Assembly (NCBI GenBank): GCA_947628895.1
Contig: CANRBS010000004.1
Coordinates: 1-57,362 of the forward strand
Length of the DNA: 57,362 nucleotides
Source of the DNA: an uncultured Bacilli bacterium
Lineage (GTDB): Bacteria > Bacillota_I > Bacilli_A > RF39 > UBA660
Direction: 5' to 3'
Positions 48,933 through 57,362 of the stretch are shown one piece after another. The notes under the pieces are model-generated. The model searched no databases and was not told the origin of the DNA. It was given only the letters and a program-made list of their open reading frames with translations. Numbering within the stretch: the stretch's first letter is position 1; each line of letters opens with the position of its first letter. Position numbers and translations under genes: made by a program.

Positions 48933-49862
48933 ATGAAAAACGAAATAATATTGTTTGAAAATCAAAATGTTAAATTAGAAGTAAATATGCAAGATGAAAC
49001 TGTATGGCTTACACAGGAGCAAATGGGAACTTTATTTGATAAGTCAAGATCAACAATAAATGAACATATTAAGAACATTTATAGTGAAAAGGAATTAGAA
49101 GAAAAAGAAACCTTAAGAAAATTCGGAAATTCCGAATTTAGTTCAAAGCCAACAAATTATTACAATTTGGATGTAATTATTAGTGTTGGATATAGAGTCA
49201 GATCCAAAAATGGTATTATATTCCGTAAATGGGCAAATAATGTATTAAAAGATTATATGATTAAAGGTTATGCTATTAATCAAAAAAGATTAACATCTTT
49301 GGAAAAAACTGTTAAATTGTTAGATATTGCCAATAGAACTAATAAATTAACAGGTGGCGAAACAAAAGAAATACTAAAAGTAATTAATGAATATTCAAAA
49401 GCATTAAATCTATTAGATGATTATGATCATCAAAAAATAGAAAAAGTAAAAGGACAAAAAAGTGAAAAAATAATTACATATGAAGAATGTATGGAAATTA
49501 TTAACAAATTAAAATTTAACAATAATAGCAGTTTATTTGCATTAGAAAAAAATGGTAGTTTTAAATCAATTATTAATGATATATACATTTCTTTTGATAA
49601 TAAAGACATGTATCCAACTATTGAAGAAAAAGCAGCTAATCTATTATATTTAATTGTTAAAAATCATTCATTTATTGATGGTAATAAAAGAATAGCAGCA
49701 ACAATATTTATTTATTTTTTACAAGTAAATGGTATACTTTACAAAGATGATAGAAAAGTAATAGATAATAATACTCTTACAGCTATTACTATTCTAATAG
49801 CAGAATCTAATCCAAAGGAAAAAGAAATTATGATAGATTTAATTATGAATTTTCTTAAATAA
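48933..49862 (+). CDS. RhuM-like N-terminal domain fused to Fic/Doc domain
   Basis: ETVWLTQ.QM..LF, YNLDVIISVGYRV.S....FR.WA; KAA.LLY..VKNHSFIDGNKRIA. Confidence 0.88.
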   Translation: MKNEIILFENQNVKLEVNMQDETVWLTQEQMGTLFDKSRSTINEHIKNIYSEKELEEKETLRKFGNSEFSSKPTNYYNLDVIISVGYRVRSKNGIIFRKWANNVLKDYMIKGYAINQKRLTSLEKTVKLLDIANRTNKLTGGETKEILKVINEYSKALNLLDDYDHQKIEKVKGQKSEKIITYEECMEIINKLKFNNNSSLFALEKNGSFKSIINDIYISFDNKDMYPTIEEKAANLLYLIVKNHSFIDGNKRIAATIFIYFLQVNGILYKDDRKVIDNNTLTAITILIAESNPKEKEIMIDLIMNFLK

Positions 49863-49863
49863 A

Positions 49864-49890
49864 AAGATCTCGTACTACGAATACGAGATC
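49864..49890 (+). terminator. Hairpin between fic and integrase
   Basis: GATCTCGTA, 7-nt loop, TACGAGATC. Confidence 0.55.
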
Positions 49891-49978
49891 AAGTAGAAAA
49901 CAAATTATGTCCACCACGACAATTAATGAGTTTTCTACTGCAATTTTATCATAAAATTAAAAGAAAGGAAAGTTTTTT

Positions 49979-51418
49979 ATGAGAAATGGAGCAGTATATA
50001 TAAGAGTTTCAACAGGTGAACAAACAGAGTATTCACCTGATGCACAATTAAAAGATATAAAAAAATATGCAAAGGCAAATAACATATTAATAACAAAAGA
50101 ATTTACATTTATTGAACCTGGTGTAACAGGAAGAAGTGTTGAAAAAAGAGAGCAATTTAAAAGAATGATAGCAATTGCTAAAAAGAAACCTAAACCTTTT
50201 GATGTTGTTTTAATTCATGCTTATGATAGATTTGCTCGTAATGTAAAAGAGAGTAGAATTTATAAAGAATTATTAAGAAATGATTTAGGTATTGAATTAA
50301 TATCTATTACAGAAGATTTTGGCAATGATAAAAATAGTTTTTTGATGGAAGGCATAAAAGATGTTCTTAATGAATATTATTCTTTAAATTTAAGAGATGA
50401 AGTTTTAAAAGGAATGAAAGAAAAAGCTTCAAGAGGTGAATTACAAAGTAGTGCATCATTTGGTTATAAAGTTGTTAATAATATGTTAGAAATTGTTGAA
50501 GAAGAGGCTAATATAGTTAGATTAATATATGATAAATATGCTAATTCAAATTTAAATTATACTGATATAACTAAATTAATTAATAGACTAGGTGTAAAAA
50601 CTAAAAGAGGAAATAAATGGGAAACTAGAACTATAAAATATGTTTTACATAATCCAGTTTATATTGGCAAATTAAGATGGTCTACAAATGGTAGAGTTGA
50701 TTATCATATGTTCAATTCAAATGATAAAACTACAATTACAGATAGCAAACACAAACCTATAATAGATCTAAATACTTGGAATAAAGTCCAAGAAAAAGCA
50801 CAAATTAATAATAAATTTTCTAAACAACATCAGGCAGCATCCAATGAATGTTGGCACTGGATAAAAGGATTAATCAAATGTCCATTTTGTAATCATACAT
50901 ATACTAAATTAAATAAAAATAAGATTCGTTGCAATGGTTATAATAAAGGAATCTGTGATAATAATATTTCATTTAAAGTCAGTGATGTTGAAGAACTCAT
51001 TTTAGAGCAAATTAAAGAAGACTTTAAATCAAAGGTACAAATTAATATAAATGTTAAAAAAACTTCTGAAAACATAGAAAAATCACTTCTAATAAAGGAA
51101 TTAGAAAGTTTACAAATAAAAAAAGAAAGAATAAAAGAAAGTTATATATCAGGAATTGATACACTAGAAGAATATAAATCAAATAAAGAATTAATTTTAA
51201 ATGAAGAGAACAAATTAAGACAAGAATTGGAAAAATATAAAGATGATAATTTAGATAACATACAAAAACAAATTAAAATAAATGCTAAAAGTATTTATGA
51301 AATGTTAAAAGATGAAAAAATAGGTATGGATCTAAAAAGAAATGCTATAAATAAATTAATTGATAAAGTGGAAATAAACCCTAAAACAAAGGAAATTTCT
51401 ATATATTATAATAATTAG
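49979..51418 (+). CDS. Large serine recombinase (prophage integrase)
   Basis: YIRVST catalytic Ser, DRFARN, FGY, NPVYIG recombinase domain, CPFC zinc ribbon, coiled coil; stop codon lies in the att arm. Confidence 0.95.
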   Translation: MRNGAVYIRVSTGEQTEYSPDAQLKDIKKYAKANNILITKEFTFIEPGVTGRSVEKREQFKRMIAIAKKKPKPFDVVLIHAYDRFARNVKESRIYKELLRNDLGIELISITEDFGNDKNSFLMEGIKDVLNEYYSLNLRDEVLKGMKEKASRGELQSSASFGYKVVNNMLEIVEEEANIVRLIYDKYANSNLNYTDITKLINRLGVKTKRGNKWETRTIKYVLHNPVYIGKLRWSTNGRVDYHMFNSNDKTTITDSKHKPIIDLNTWNKVQEKAQINNKFSKQHQAASNECWHWIKGLIKCPFCNHTYTKLNKNKIRCNGYNKGICDNNISFKVSDVEELILEQIKEDFKSKVQININVKKTSENIEKSLLIKELESLQIKKERIKESYISGIDTLEEYKSNKELILNEENKLRQELEKYKDDNLDNIQKQIKINAKSIYEMLKDEKIGMDLKRNAINKLIDKVEINPKTKEISIYYNN

Positions 51419-51439
51419 TCCCATTTGATATTTGGTGGT
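51413..51439. other. attR
   Basis: Phage arm AATTAGTCCC (51413-51422) plus core ATTTGGTGGT (51430-51439). Confidence 0.85.
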
Positions 51440-51904
51440 CCTGATGGTGAACTTTCAGCGGCTTTAAGATATTTAACTCAAAGATTTAGTATGCCAGATG
51501 ATAAAGGTAAAGCTTTACTTTCAGATATTGGTACAGAAGAATTAGGTCATGTAGAAATGATTTGTACTATGATTAATCAATTAATAAAGAATGCTACTGT
51601 TGAAGAATTAAAGAAAGCTGGTTTAGATGCTTGGTATACACAGCATAATAAAGGTTTATACCCAATGGATGCTAATGGTGTTCCATATACTGCTGCATAT
51701 ATTCAATCTACTGGTAATCCAATAGTGGATTTACAAGAAGACTTAGCTGCTGAAGAAAAAGCAAGAGCAACTTATGAAAACTTAATGGATTTAACAGATG
51801 ATGAAACGATTCTAGCTCCACTTAGTTTTTTAAGACAAAGAGAAGTTGTTCACTTTGCTAGATTTAAAGAATTATTAGAATATTATAAAAGAAAAGGATA
51901 TTAA
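51431..51904 (+). pseudogene. cotJC: cotJC 3' fragment (Mn-catalase domain)
   Basis: FGGPDGELSAALRYLTQR, DIGTEELGHVE, DL.AEE.AR, RQRE..H; in frame with the 5' fragment across the core. Confidence 0.92.
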
Positions 51905-51925
51905 GCTAGGCCTTAATATCTTTTT
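51897..51925. terminator. Hairpin after cotJC
   Basis: GATATTAAG, 6-nt loop, CTTAATATC, then a T run. Confidence 0.65.
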
Positions 51926-52619
51926 TTATGAATTTTCTATTACCTAAAAAATAAAGTATAAACATTGTAGCTAAATCAATAATAATACCTCTATATATAT
52001 TTAAATTAATACCAAGTTCATTATTCATATTATTAAGTACAATTTTATCATTAAATAAAGAAAAATCTAAATAAGGTAAAACCGTATATTCTATAATATT
52101 AACATTTATTCCAAAAAACAATTGAGATATTATTAATGAAAATGATAATGTAAAAATAGATATACCAACACAAAGAGAAACACTTTTAAATTTAGTAGAT
52201 AAATAAAGAGTAAAAACTCCAATAAAATAAACTGGTATACTATATACAAAATATTTGATTATATGTCTTAAACTAATTGTTTTAGATAATAAAAATGTAA
52301 ATAATATAATTAGTATTATAGTTAATGTAATATAAATAAATATACTAATTAATTTAGATAAATATATTTTATATCTTTTAACAGGTTTAGTTAAATATTG
52401 TCTAAATGTTCCATTTTCTATTTCAGAAGATATAATACCACCAAAGAATATACTAACAATAACACCTATAAAAGGAATTAAATTATATGAAAGAGATAAT
52501 AAATCATTATCACTTACTTTTTTCATAATAAATAAAGATAGAATAAATAATATTTGTGAAAAAAATAATTTACTTTTTTTAATTTTATTAAATTCATTAT
52601 TAATTAGTTTTATCATCAT
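51906..52619 (-). CDS. ABC-2 type permease
   Basis: E.ENGT.R..LTKP..R..I..SK; six hydrophobic segments. Confidence 0.85.
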   Translation of the reverse strand: MMIKLINNEFNKIKKSKLFFSQILFILSLFIMKKVSDNDLLSLSYNLIPFIGVIVSIFFGGIISSEIENGTFRQYLTKPVKRYKIYLSKLISIFIYITLTIILIILFTFLLSKTISLRHIIKYFVYSIPVYFIGVFTLYLSTKFKSVSLCVGISIFTLSFSLIISQLFFGINVNIIEYTVLPYLDFSLFNDKIVLNNMNNELGINLNIYRGIIIDLATMFILYFLGNRKFIKKDIKA

Positions 52620-53484
52620 TACCTACTAAATCAAAAAATTCTCTTTCTAAATTATTTTTATTTTCGTATATTCTATATACATTTATATTATTAAGTATTA
52701 ATTCTTTATTTAATTTACTAATTGTATCATCACTTTCATATACTTCTAATTCTTCATTTATACAATAATTATTTAATAATAATTTTGCTTTTGAAAAATC
52801 ATCTACTTCAAACATAACATTTTTCTTTTGTACATCATTGTCTAAATGTTTAATATTTATGATTTCCCCGTTGTTTATAAATACAATTTTATTACATAAA
52901 CCTTCTATTTCACTTAACATATGAGAAGATATAATAATTGTTGTGTCTTTCATATTCTTTAATATTCCTAGTATTTTTTTAATTCCAATTGGATCAAGTC
53001 CATTAGTAGGTTCATCTAATATTAATATTTTTGGTTTATTTATTAAAGCAGTAGCAATACCAAGTCTTTCTTTCATACCAAGTGAATAAGTTTTTACTTT
53101 TTTACCTAAATATTTTTCTAGTTCTACTATTCTTACTATTTCTTTAATTTGTTCTTCATCAATATCTTTAAACATAGACTTAAATATTTTTAAATTATTT
53201 TTACCTGATAAATTCTTATATAAATCAGGTGATTCTATTAAAGTTCCAACCATAGATAAACACTTTTCAAAATCATCTTTTAAATTATATTCATAATAAA
53301 ATATTTCACCTTCATCATAAGAATATAATCCAGTCATAATTTTCATTAATGTACTTTTACCCGCACCATTTGGACCTACTAAACCAATTATTTCACCCTC
53401 ATAAGCATCAAAACTAATATTTTTAAGTATCTTTTTTCCATTAATAGATTTACTAACATTTCTAATTTTAATTGATTTTATCAT
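52600..53484 (-). CDS. ABC transporter ATP-binding protein
   Basis: GPNGAGKS, YSLGM, LILDEP.NGLDP, SSH. Confidence 0.92.
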   Translation of the reverse strand: MIKSIKIRNVSKSINGKKILKNISFDAYEGEIIGLVGPNGAGKSTLMKIMTGLYSYDEGEIFYYEYNLKDDFEKCLSMVGTLIESPDLYKNLSGKNNLKIFKSMFKDIDEEQIKEIVRIVELEKYLGKKVKTYSLGMKERLGIATALINKPKILILDEPTNGLDPIGIKKILGILKNMKDTTIIISSHMLSEIEGLCNKIVFINNGEIINIKHLDNDVQKKNVMFEVDDFSKAKLLLNNYCINEELEVYESDDTISKLNKELILNNINVYRIYENKNNLEREFFDLVGNDDKTN

Positions 53485-53678
53485 AACTATTTCCTTTCTT
53501 TTAAAAAAGTATAGTAAATTATGTTTTAACTTTCAAATCAATAAAATTAAATTATTAATATAAATTTAGTAGTAATTTAACAATTTTTATCTAAAGGAAA
53601 ATTAGCTAATTAATATAAATTTTATACTAAAAAAGTAATAATTAGTAAAAAATAAAAAACTTATTTTTTATAAGTTTC

Positions 53679-54716
53679 CTATATATCATTTAAATCAACA
53701 TTTTCTTCTGCTATTAAATCTTTAAATAATTCTTTAAATCTAGCTATTTCTTTAACTTTACTATCTTCATAAACAACTTTTGTTCTATTTATTGCTTTAT
53801 AGAAATGTTTTATTTTTACTTCAGTCGCATTTTCATATAATGCCATTGAAAAAGCACTCATTACAATTGTTAAAGCAATATCTGGATATCTATTACCTAT
53901 TTCATATATTCTTTTATATTCATCAGTCATTTCAACAATAAATCTAAATAATTTTTCTTTAATAAAATTAGTATATCCTATTTTAATACCCGTTCTTTTT
54001 TCATATTTTGGATATGTTCCCATAAGTATTTGTATACATTGATCTTGTGTTGGTTCTGCAACATCAACTTTTAAAAATCTTCTTAAGAAAGCTCTATCTC
54101 TTAATATGTATGCTTCATATTCTTCATAAGTTGTAGCACCTATCATTTTAATATCTCCACGATCAAGTCCTGGTTTTAACATATTAGCAAAGTCTATACT
54201 CATATTTGATGTATTTCTATTTACTAGTAAGTGAACTTCATCAATAAATAATATGATATTTTTTTTAGTTTTAAGTTCATCTACTAATAATTGAAGTCTA
54301 TTTTCACTTTGTCCATCAGTTACAGTTTCACCAAGTAAACTAGATACATTTATTTTAATTAATTCATAATTTTTTAAAGCATTTGGAATAGTACCATTTA
54401 CCATTCTATAACCTATTCCTTCAACAATAGCAGTTTTACCTACACCAGCTTTACCTACAAGTAATGCACTTTTTTCTGGAGTTAAAAGTATTTCAATGGT
54501 TTGTTCAATTTCACTATCTCTTCCAATTGCAGGATTAGTAACATATTCTTTTTTACTTAAATTTTCACCATATGTATCTAAAATACTAACTTTTTTAATA
54601 TTATTAGTTGAATTATTTTCATTTTCATCTATAATATTTACTACATTGGGCATACTATTAGTAGGAGTATTGTTCACGGTATTAGGTATATCAATAAATT
54701 CAAATTTATCATTCAT
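53679..54716 (-). CDS. ClpA/ClpB-type AAA+ ATPase, first module only
   Basis: [37 protein letters not shown]; no Clp-N domain, no second NBD. Confidence 0.8.
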   Translation of the reverse strand: MNDKFEFIDIPNTVNNTPTNSMPNVVNIIDENENNSTNNIKKVSILDTYGENLSKKEYVTNPAIGRDSEIEQTIEILLTPEKSALLVGKAGVGKTAIVEGIGYRMVNGTIPNALKNYELIKINVSSLLGETVTDGQSENRLQLLVDELKTKKNIILFIDEVHLLVNRNTSNMSIDFANMLKPGLDRGDIKMIGATTYEEYEAYILRDRAFLRRFLKVDVAEPTQDQCIQILMGTYPKYEKRTGIKIGYTNFIKEKLFRFIVEMTDEYKRIYEIGNRYPDIALTIVMSAFSMALYENATEVKIKHFYKAINRTKVVYEDSKVKEIARFKELFKDLIAEENVDLNDI

Positions 54717-54777
54717 AATAATTCCCTCTTTACTAAAATAATTTTAACAATTTTATTAAAAAAAGTCTACATATTTG

Positions 54778-54806
54778 TTGACAAATGTAAATTGATATCA
54801 TATAAT
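54778..54806 (+). promoter_or_regulatory. Consensus sigmaA promoter of the tRNA gene
   Basis: TTGACA, 17 bp, TATAAT. Confidence 0.85.
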
Positions 54807-54819
54807 ATTTATTGAAATT

Positions 54820-54895
54820 GCCCAATTAGCTCAGTCGGTAGAGCGCACGGCTGTTAACCGTTAGGTCGTAGGTTCGAGTCCTACATTGGGCGCCA
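54820..54895 (+). tRNA. tRNA-Asn (GTT)
   Basis: 76-nt cloverleaf; acceptor GCCCAAT/ATTGGGC; anticodon loop CT-GTT-AA; GTTCGA T-loop; encoded CCA. Confidence 0.96.
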
Positions 54896-54905
54896 TTAAG
54901 ATAAT

Positions 54906-54930
54906 AACTCAGAAGTAATTCTGAGTTTTA
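54906..54930 (+). terminator. tRNA terminator
   Basis: AACTCAGAA-GTAA-TTCTGAGTT followed by Ts. Confidence 0.8.
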
Positions 54931-55148
54931 TTATATATCAATCACTTGAAAAAATAATGAATATATGCTATTATGTATATATCAAGTGAAACTTGAATAA
55001 AATAAAAAAGAGAAACATTTATTGCAGTGAATGTCTTCTCCAAAAATAATTTGTTGATAGACACTTGTTAATGTCAATATAATTTTGTACAAAAAATGGA
55101 AAATAAGTGTGTACAAAAAGTGGAATATTGTGATACTAATTTTTAGTA

Positions 55149-55913
55149 TCATTTTTCATTACTTGAATCTTCCCAATGTTCTAGTTTATCTTTTATTCTA
55201 TATGATGTTCCTTTAATATTAATTATTGTAGAATGGTGAAGTAATCTATCTAAAATTGCATTTGCTAAAACATTATCACTGAATACTTCTCCCCATTTAT
55301 TAAATGTTTGATTAGTTGTAACTATTGTAGAATGTTTTTCATATCTTTTAGCTATTAATTGAAAGAATAAATTTGCTCCTTGTTTATCAACAGGCAAATA
55401 TCCTATTTCATCGATTATAAGTAATTCATATCTGCAAAAATGTTTTATTCTTGCATCTAATTTATTTTCAAAATGCGCTTTGTTTAACTGTGTAATTAAA
55501 TCATGACATGATATAAAATACACTGAATATCTTTTCTTTGCTGCTGTTATTCCTATGGATGTAGCCAAGTGGGTTTTTCCAACCCCACTTGGCCCTACAA
55601 ATAAAATGTTCTCATGTTTACTTATAAAACCTAGATTATTTAATTCTAATATTTGTTGTTTGTTTATTGATGGTTGATAATCAAAATCAAAATCTTCGAT
55701 TTCTTTTTTAAACGGGAAAGCTGATACTGTTATTTGTATCTCACTTGCTCTTTCGTCTCTGTATTTTATTTCTTTATTAGTTAATTCTAATAATGATTCT
55801 GTTAATGTTTTATTTTTCTTAATTGCTGTATCAACATAGTTTGGATAGCATTCTTTTATTTTATCTAATTTTAATATTTCTAAATTGTTTAATAATTTAT
55901 TATAATCGTTCAT
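55149..55913 (-). CDS. istB: IS21 helper ATPase
   Basis: FDFDYQPSI, GPSGVGKTHLA, LLIIDEIGY, TTN..F..W, AILDRLLHH, G.SYR. Confidence 0.95.
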   Translation of the reverse strand: MNDYNKLLNNLEILKLDKIKECYPNYVDTAIKKNKTLTESLLELTNKEIKYRDERASEIQITVSAFPFKKEIEDFDFDYQPSINKQQILELNNLGFISKHENILFVGPSGVGKTHLATSIGITAAKKRYSVYFISCHDLITQLNKAHFENKLDARIKHFCRYELLIIDEIGYLPVDKQGANLFFQLIAKRYEKHSTIVTTNQTFNKWGEVFSDNVLANAILDRLLHHSTIINIKGTSYRIKDKLEHWEDSSNEK

Positions 55914-56148
55914 TCATTAACTCCTCTATATCATTTTCGTATTCGTTTTCTATTTTCATTATTAATTCGGATACATTATTTACACACTCTTCTACACATG
56001 ATAAATACATTATTATTTCTTCTTTATCTAATTTATCAGATGGATTAGTTAAATAAAGTAATGCACCATTCGAATACTCTTTTATATCATTTAAATAGTT
56101 ATTAATTTCTGTTTCTAACATAAATTTTTTCATATATTTTTCTTTCAT
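55900..56148 (-). CDS. 82-aa acidic ORF between istA and istB
   Basis: GAAAGGA RBS; helical, acidic; overlaps the istB start. Confidence 0.55.
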   Translation of the reverse strand: MKEKYMKKFMLETEINNYLNDIKEYSNGALLYLTNPSDKLDKEEIIMYLSCVEECVNNVSELIMKIENEYENDIEELMNERL

Positions 56149-56164
56149 TTTATTTTATTCCTTT

Positions 56165-57358
56165 CTATTTTGTTATTTTGTTTAATAATTCGAGATTATG
56201 TTTAGCTAAATTTTCTATTTCTTCTTGTGTTTTATTAAATATAGTAGTAGAAAGACCTTCTACATAATCATCTGAAGTATAATTTATTTTTTTGTCAGTT
56301 ATGTCGTGAATTTTTACTAAATTTTTGTTATAATATACATAAAGTTTATTATCAATTTCTTTAACTTTTAAAGTTTTGTTAATATACTTTTTTGGTACTG
56401 AATATTTACAACCTTTATAATGAAATAACATTGTATTTTGAACTTTAACTGCAATTAATGAATCTAAATACTTTTCTATTATTATTTCATTAGGAAGAGG
56501 TTGTAGATGTTCTTTTTCTTTTTCAAATAACATTACTGGTGGCATATTTGTTGTTTGATTTACTTCTTTATTAATTTCTTTATTAAGTCTATGTATTATT
56601 TTAATAAGTTCTTCTTCATCACTAAATTCATAATCATATGGTAATAGCCAATTCATAAACCTATTACAAGACTCATCTTTTCCTTTTGTTTCAGGAGAAT
56701 TAATTTTACAATGTTTAGGTTTAAAACCCATATCTTTACTAAAAATTTTAAATTCAGTTGTAAAAGCATGTTGTGAATAATTAATAATTGATGACATATT
56801 ATCAGTCAAACATTCTATAGGTATACCACCTATTATTTGAAAAGATTCAATTAAACATCTTTCTACAGATTCTAAAGTCATAAACTTACTATAAATAAAT
56901 GTATGAAATCTAGAAGCTCCTAAAGTAGTAGAAAATATATAGAAATTTATAGTTATTCCGTCTCTTGTATGTAAGGTAATCGGGCCTTTCCAGTCAAACT
57001 GAAGCTGAAAACCATAATCAGTTTCATATAACACATGGGCTTTTTTATTTTTAATAAATATTATTTCATCATTCTTATTTATATATTTATTAAAATTAGA
57101 ATATGTGCCAATATCTTTGTCTATATTCATTTGAATAAACTTATATACTGATTTTTTTGTTGTACCTGGAATATTGCATTTTTCTTTAATAATATCTATA
57201 TATTGATCTAAATATGAATGCTTTACTCGTTGTACTTTGTTTTCAATACCATTATATTTTTTCTTTGCTGTTCTTCTATCAATTCCATAAATTCTTCCTA
57301 ATTCTGAATAATTAGGTTTCATATTTAATGTTTCCAAACATGTCCTCACTCCTTTCAA
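56165..57358 (-). CDS. istA: IS21 DDE transposase
   Basis: QFDW, LG.SR, TDNM, KGK.E catalytic motifs; C-terminal YSVP beta-barrel. Confidence 0.93.
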   Translation of the reverse strand: MKGVRTCLETLNMKPNYSELGRIYGIDRRTAKKKYNGIENKVQRVKHSYLDQYIDIIKEKCNIPGTTKKSVYKFIQMNIDKDIGTYSNFNKYINKNDEIIFIKNKKAHVLYETDYGFQLQFDWKGPITLHTRDGITINFYIFSTTLGASRFHTFIYSKFMTLESVERCLIESFQIIGGIPIECLTDNMSSIINYSQHAFTTEFKIFSKDMGFKPKHCKINSPETKGKDESCNRFMNWLLPYDYEFSDEEELIKIIHRLNKEINKEVNQTTNMPPVMLFEKEKEHLQPLPNEIIIEKYLDSLIAVKVQNTMLFHYKGCKYSVPKKYINKTLKVKEIDNKLYVYYNKNLVKIHDITDKKINYTSDDYVEGLSTTIFNKTQEEIENLAKHNLELLNKITK

Positions 57359-57362
57359 ATTA

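Larger units (their letters stand above)
19394..51439. mobile_element. Prophage (cos-type siphovirus, 32,036-bp excisable unit) integrated in cotJC
   Basis: 10-bp direct core at both ends, serine recombinase at the right end, and ordered immunity, replication, packaging, head, tail and lysis modules. Confidence 0.92.
55066..57362 (-). mobile_element. IS21-family insertion sequence (other end outside the window)
   Basis: istA and istB; terminus TGTTAATGTCAA at 55066; subterminal repeats TGTACAAAAA.TGGAA at 55086 and 55110. Confidence 0.88.

Noticed and set aside
51425-51904. Independent 159-aa catalase gene starting at TTG 51425
   Set aside because: No RBS, the start lies in phage att DNA, and the missing N-terminus is found at 19311-19403.
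54945-55065. Promoter-like hexamers and a weak hairpin before the IS21 end
   Set aside because: May be a leader truncated by the IS, but the pairing is imperfect and there is no downstream gene to anchor a call.
1-57362. DGR reverse transcriptase or template repeat in the window
   Set aside because: No ORF with RT motifs and no second copy of the 13673-13850 sequence; the few other GC-rich patches are the tRNA, the cos region and short repeats.
1-57362. Mollicute-type genetic code 4
   Set aside because: TGA terminates well-formed genes, Trp is encoded by TGG, and murE is present.

Overview
Very AT-rich chromosomal window from a cell-walled, apparently spore-forming Firmicute. Evidence: standard genetic code, murE with a DNPR motif, cotJ genes, ku/ligD. 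Left arm (1-19.3 kb): a DNA-repair/stress cluster (MBL hydrolase, UDG-like glycosylase, Mn-catalase-like protein, radical SAM + DUF4130 pair, divergent GroEL paralog, FAD/Rieske oxidoreductase), ku-ligD, mscL, EamA, murE, phosphoketolase and tsaE. It also carries two paralogous type IV pilin-like genes with C-type-lectin-like C-termini. One has a ~50% GC, NNC-codon-rich 3' end that looks like a diversity-generating retroelement (DGR) variable region; no RT or template repeat is visible in the window. Both have a (TA)n tract in the putative promoter spacer. Centre (19394-51439): a complete-looking ~32.0 kb cos-type siphoviral prophage with a large serine recombinase, inserted inside the spore-coat Mn-catalase gene cotJC. 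The 10-bp core ATTTGGTGGT is at both ends, and excision would restore a 185-aa CotJC in frame. Right arm: ABC transporter pair, a single-module Clp-type ATPase, tRNA-Asn(GTT) and an IS21-family element with an extra ORF between istA and istB, cut by the window end. All family assignments come from motif recognition by eye, not database searches.
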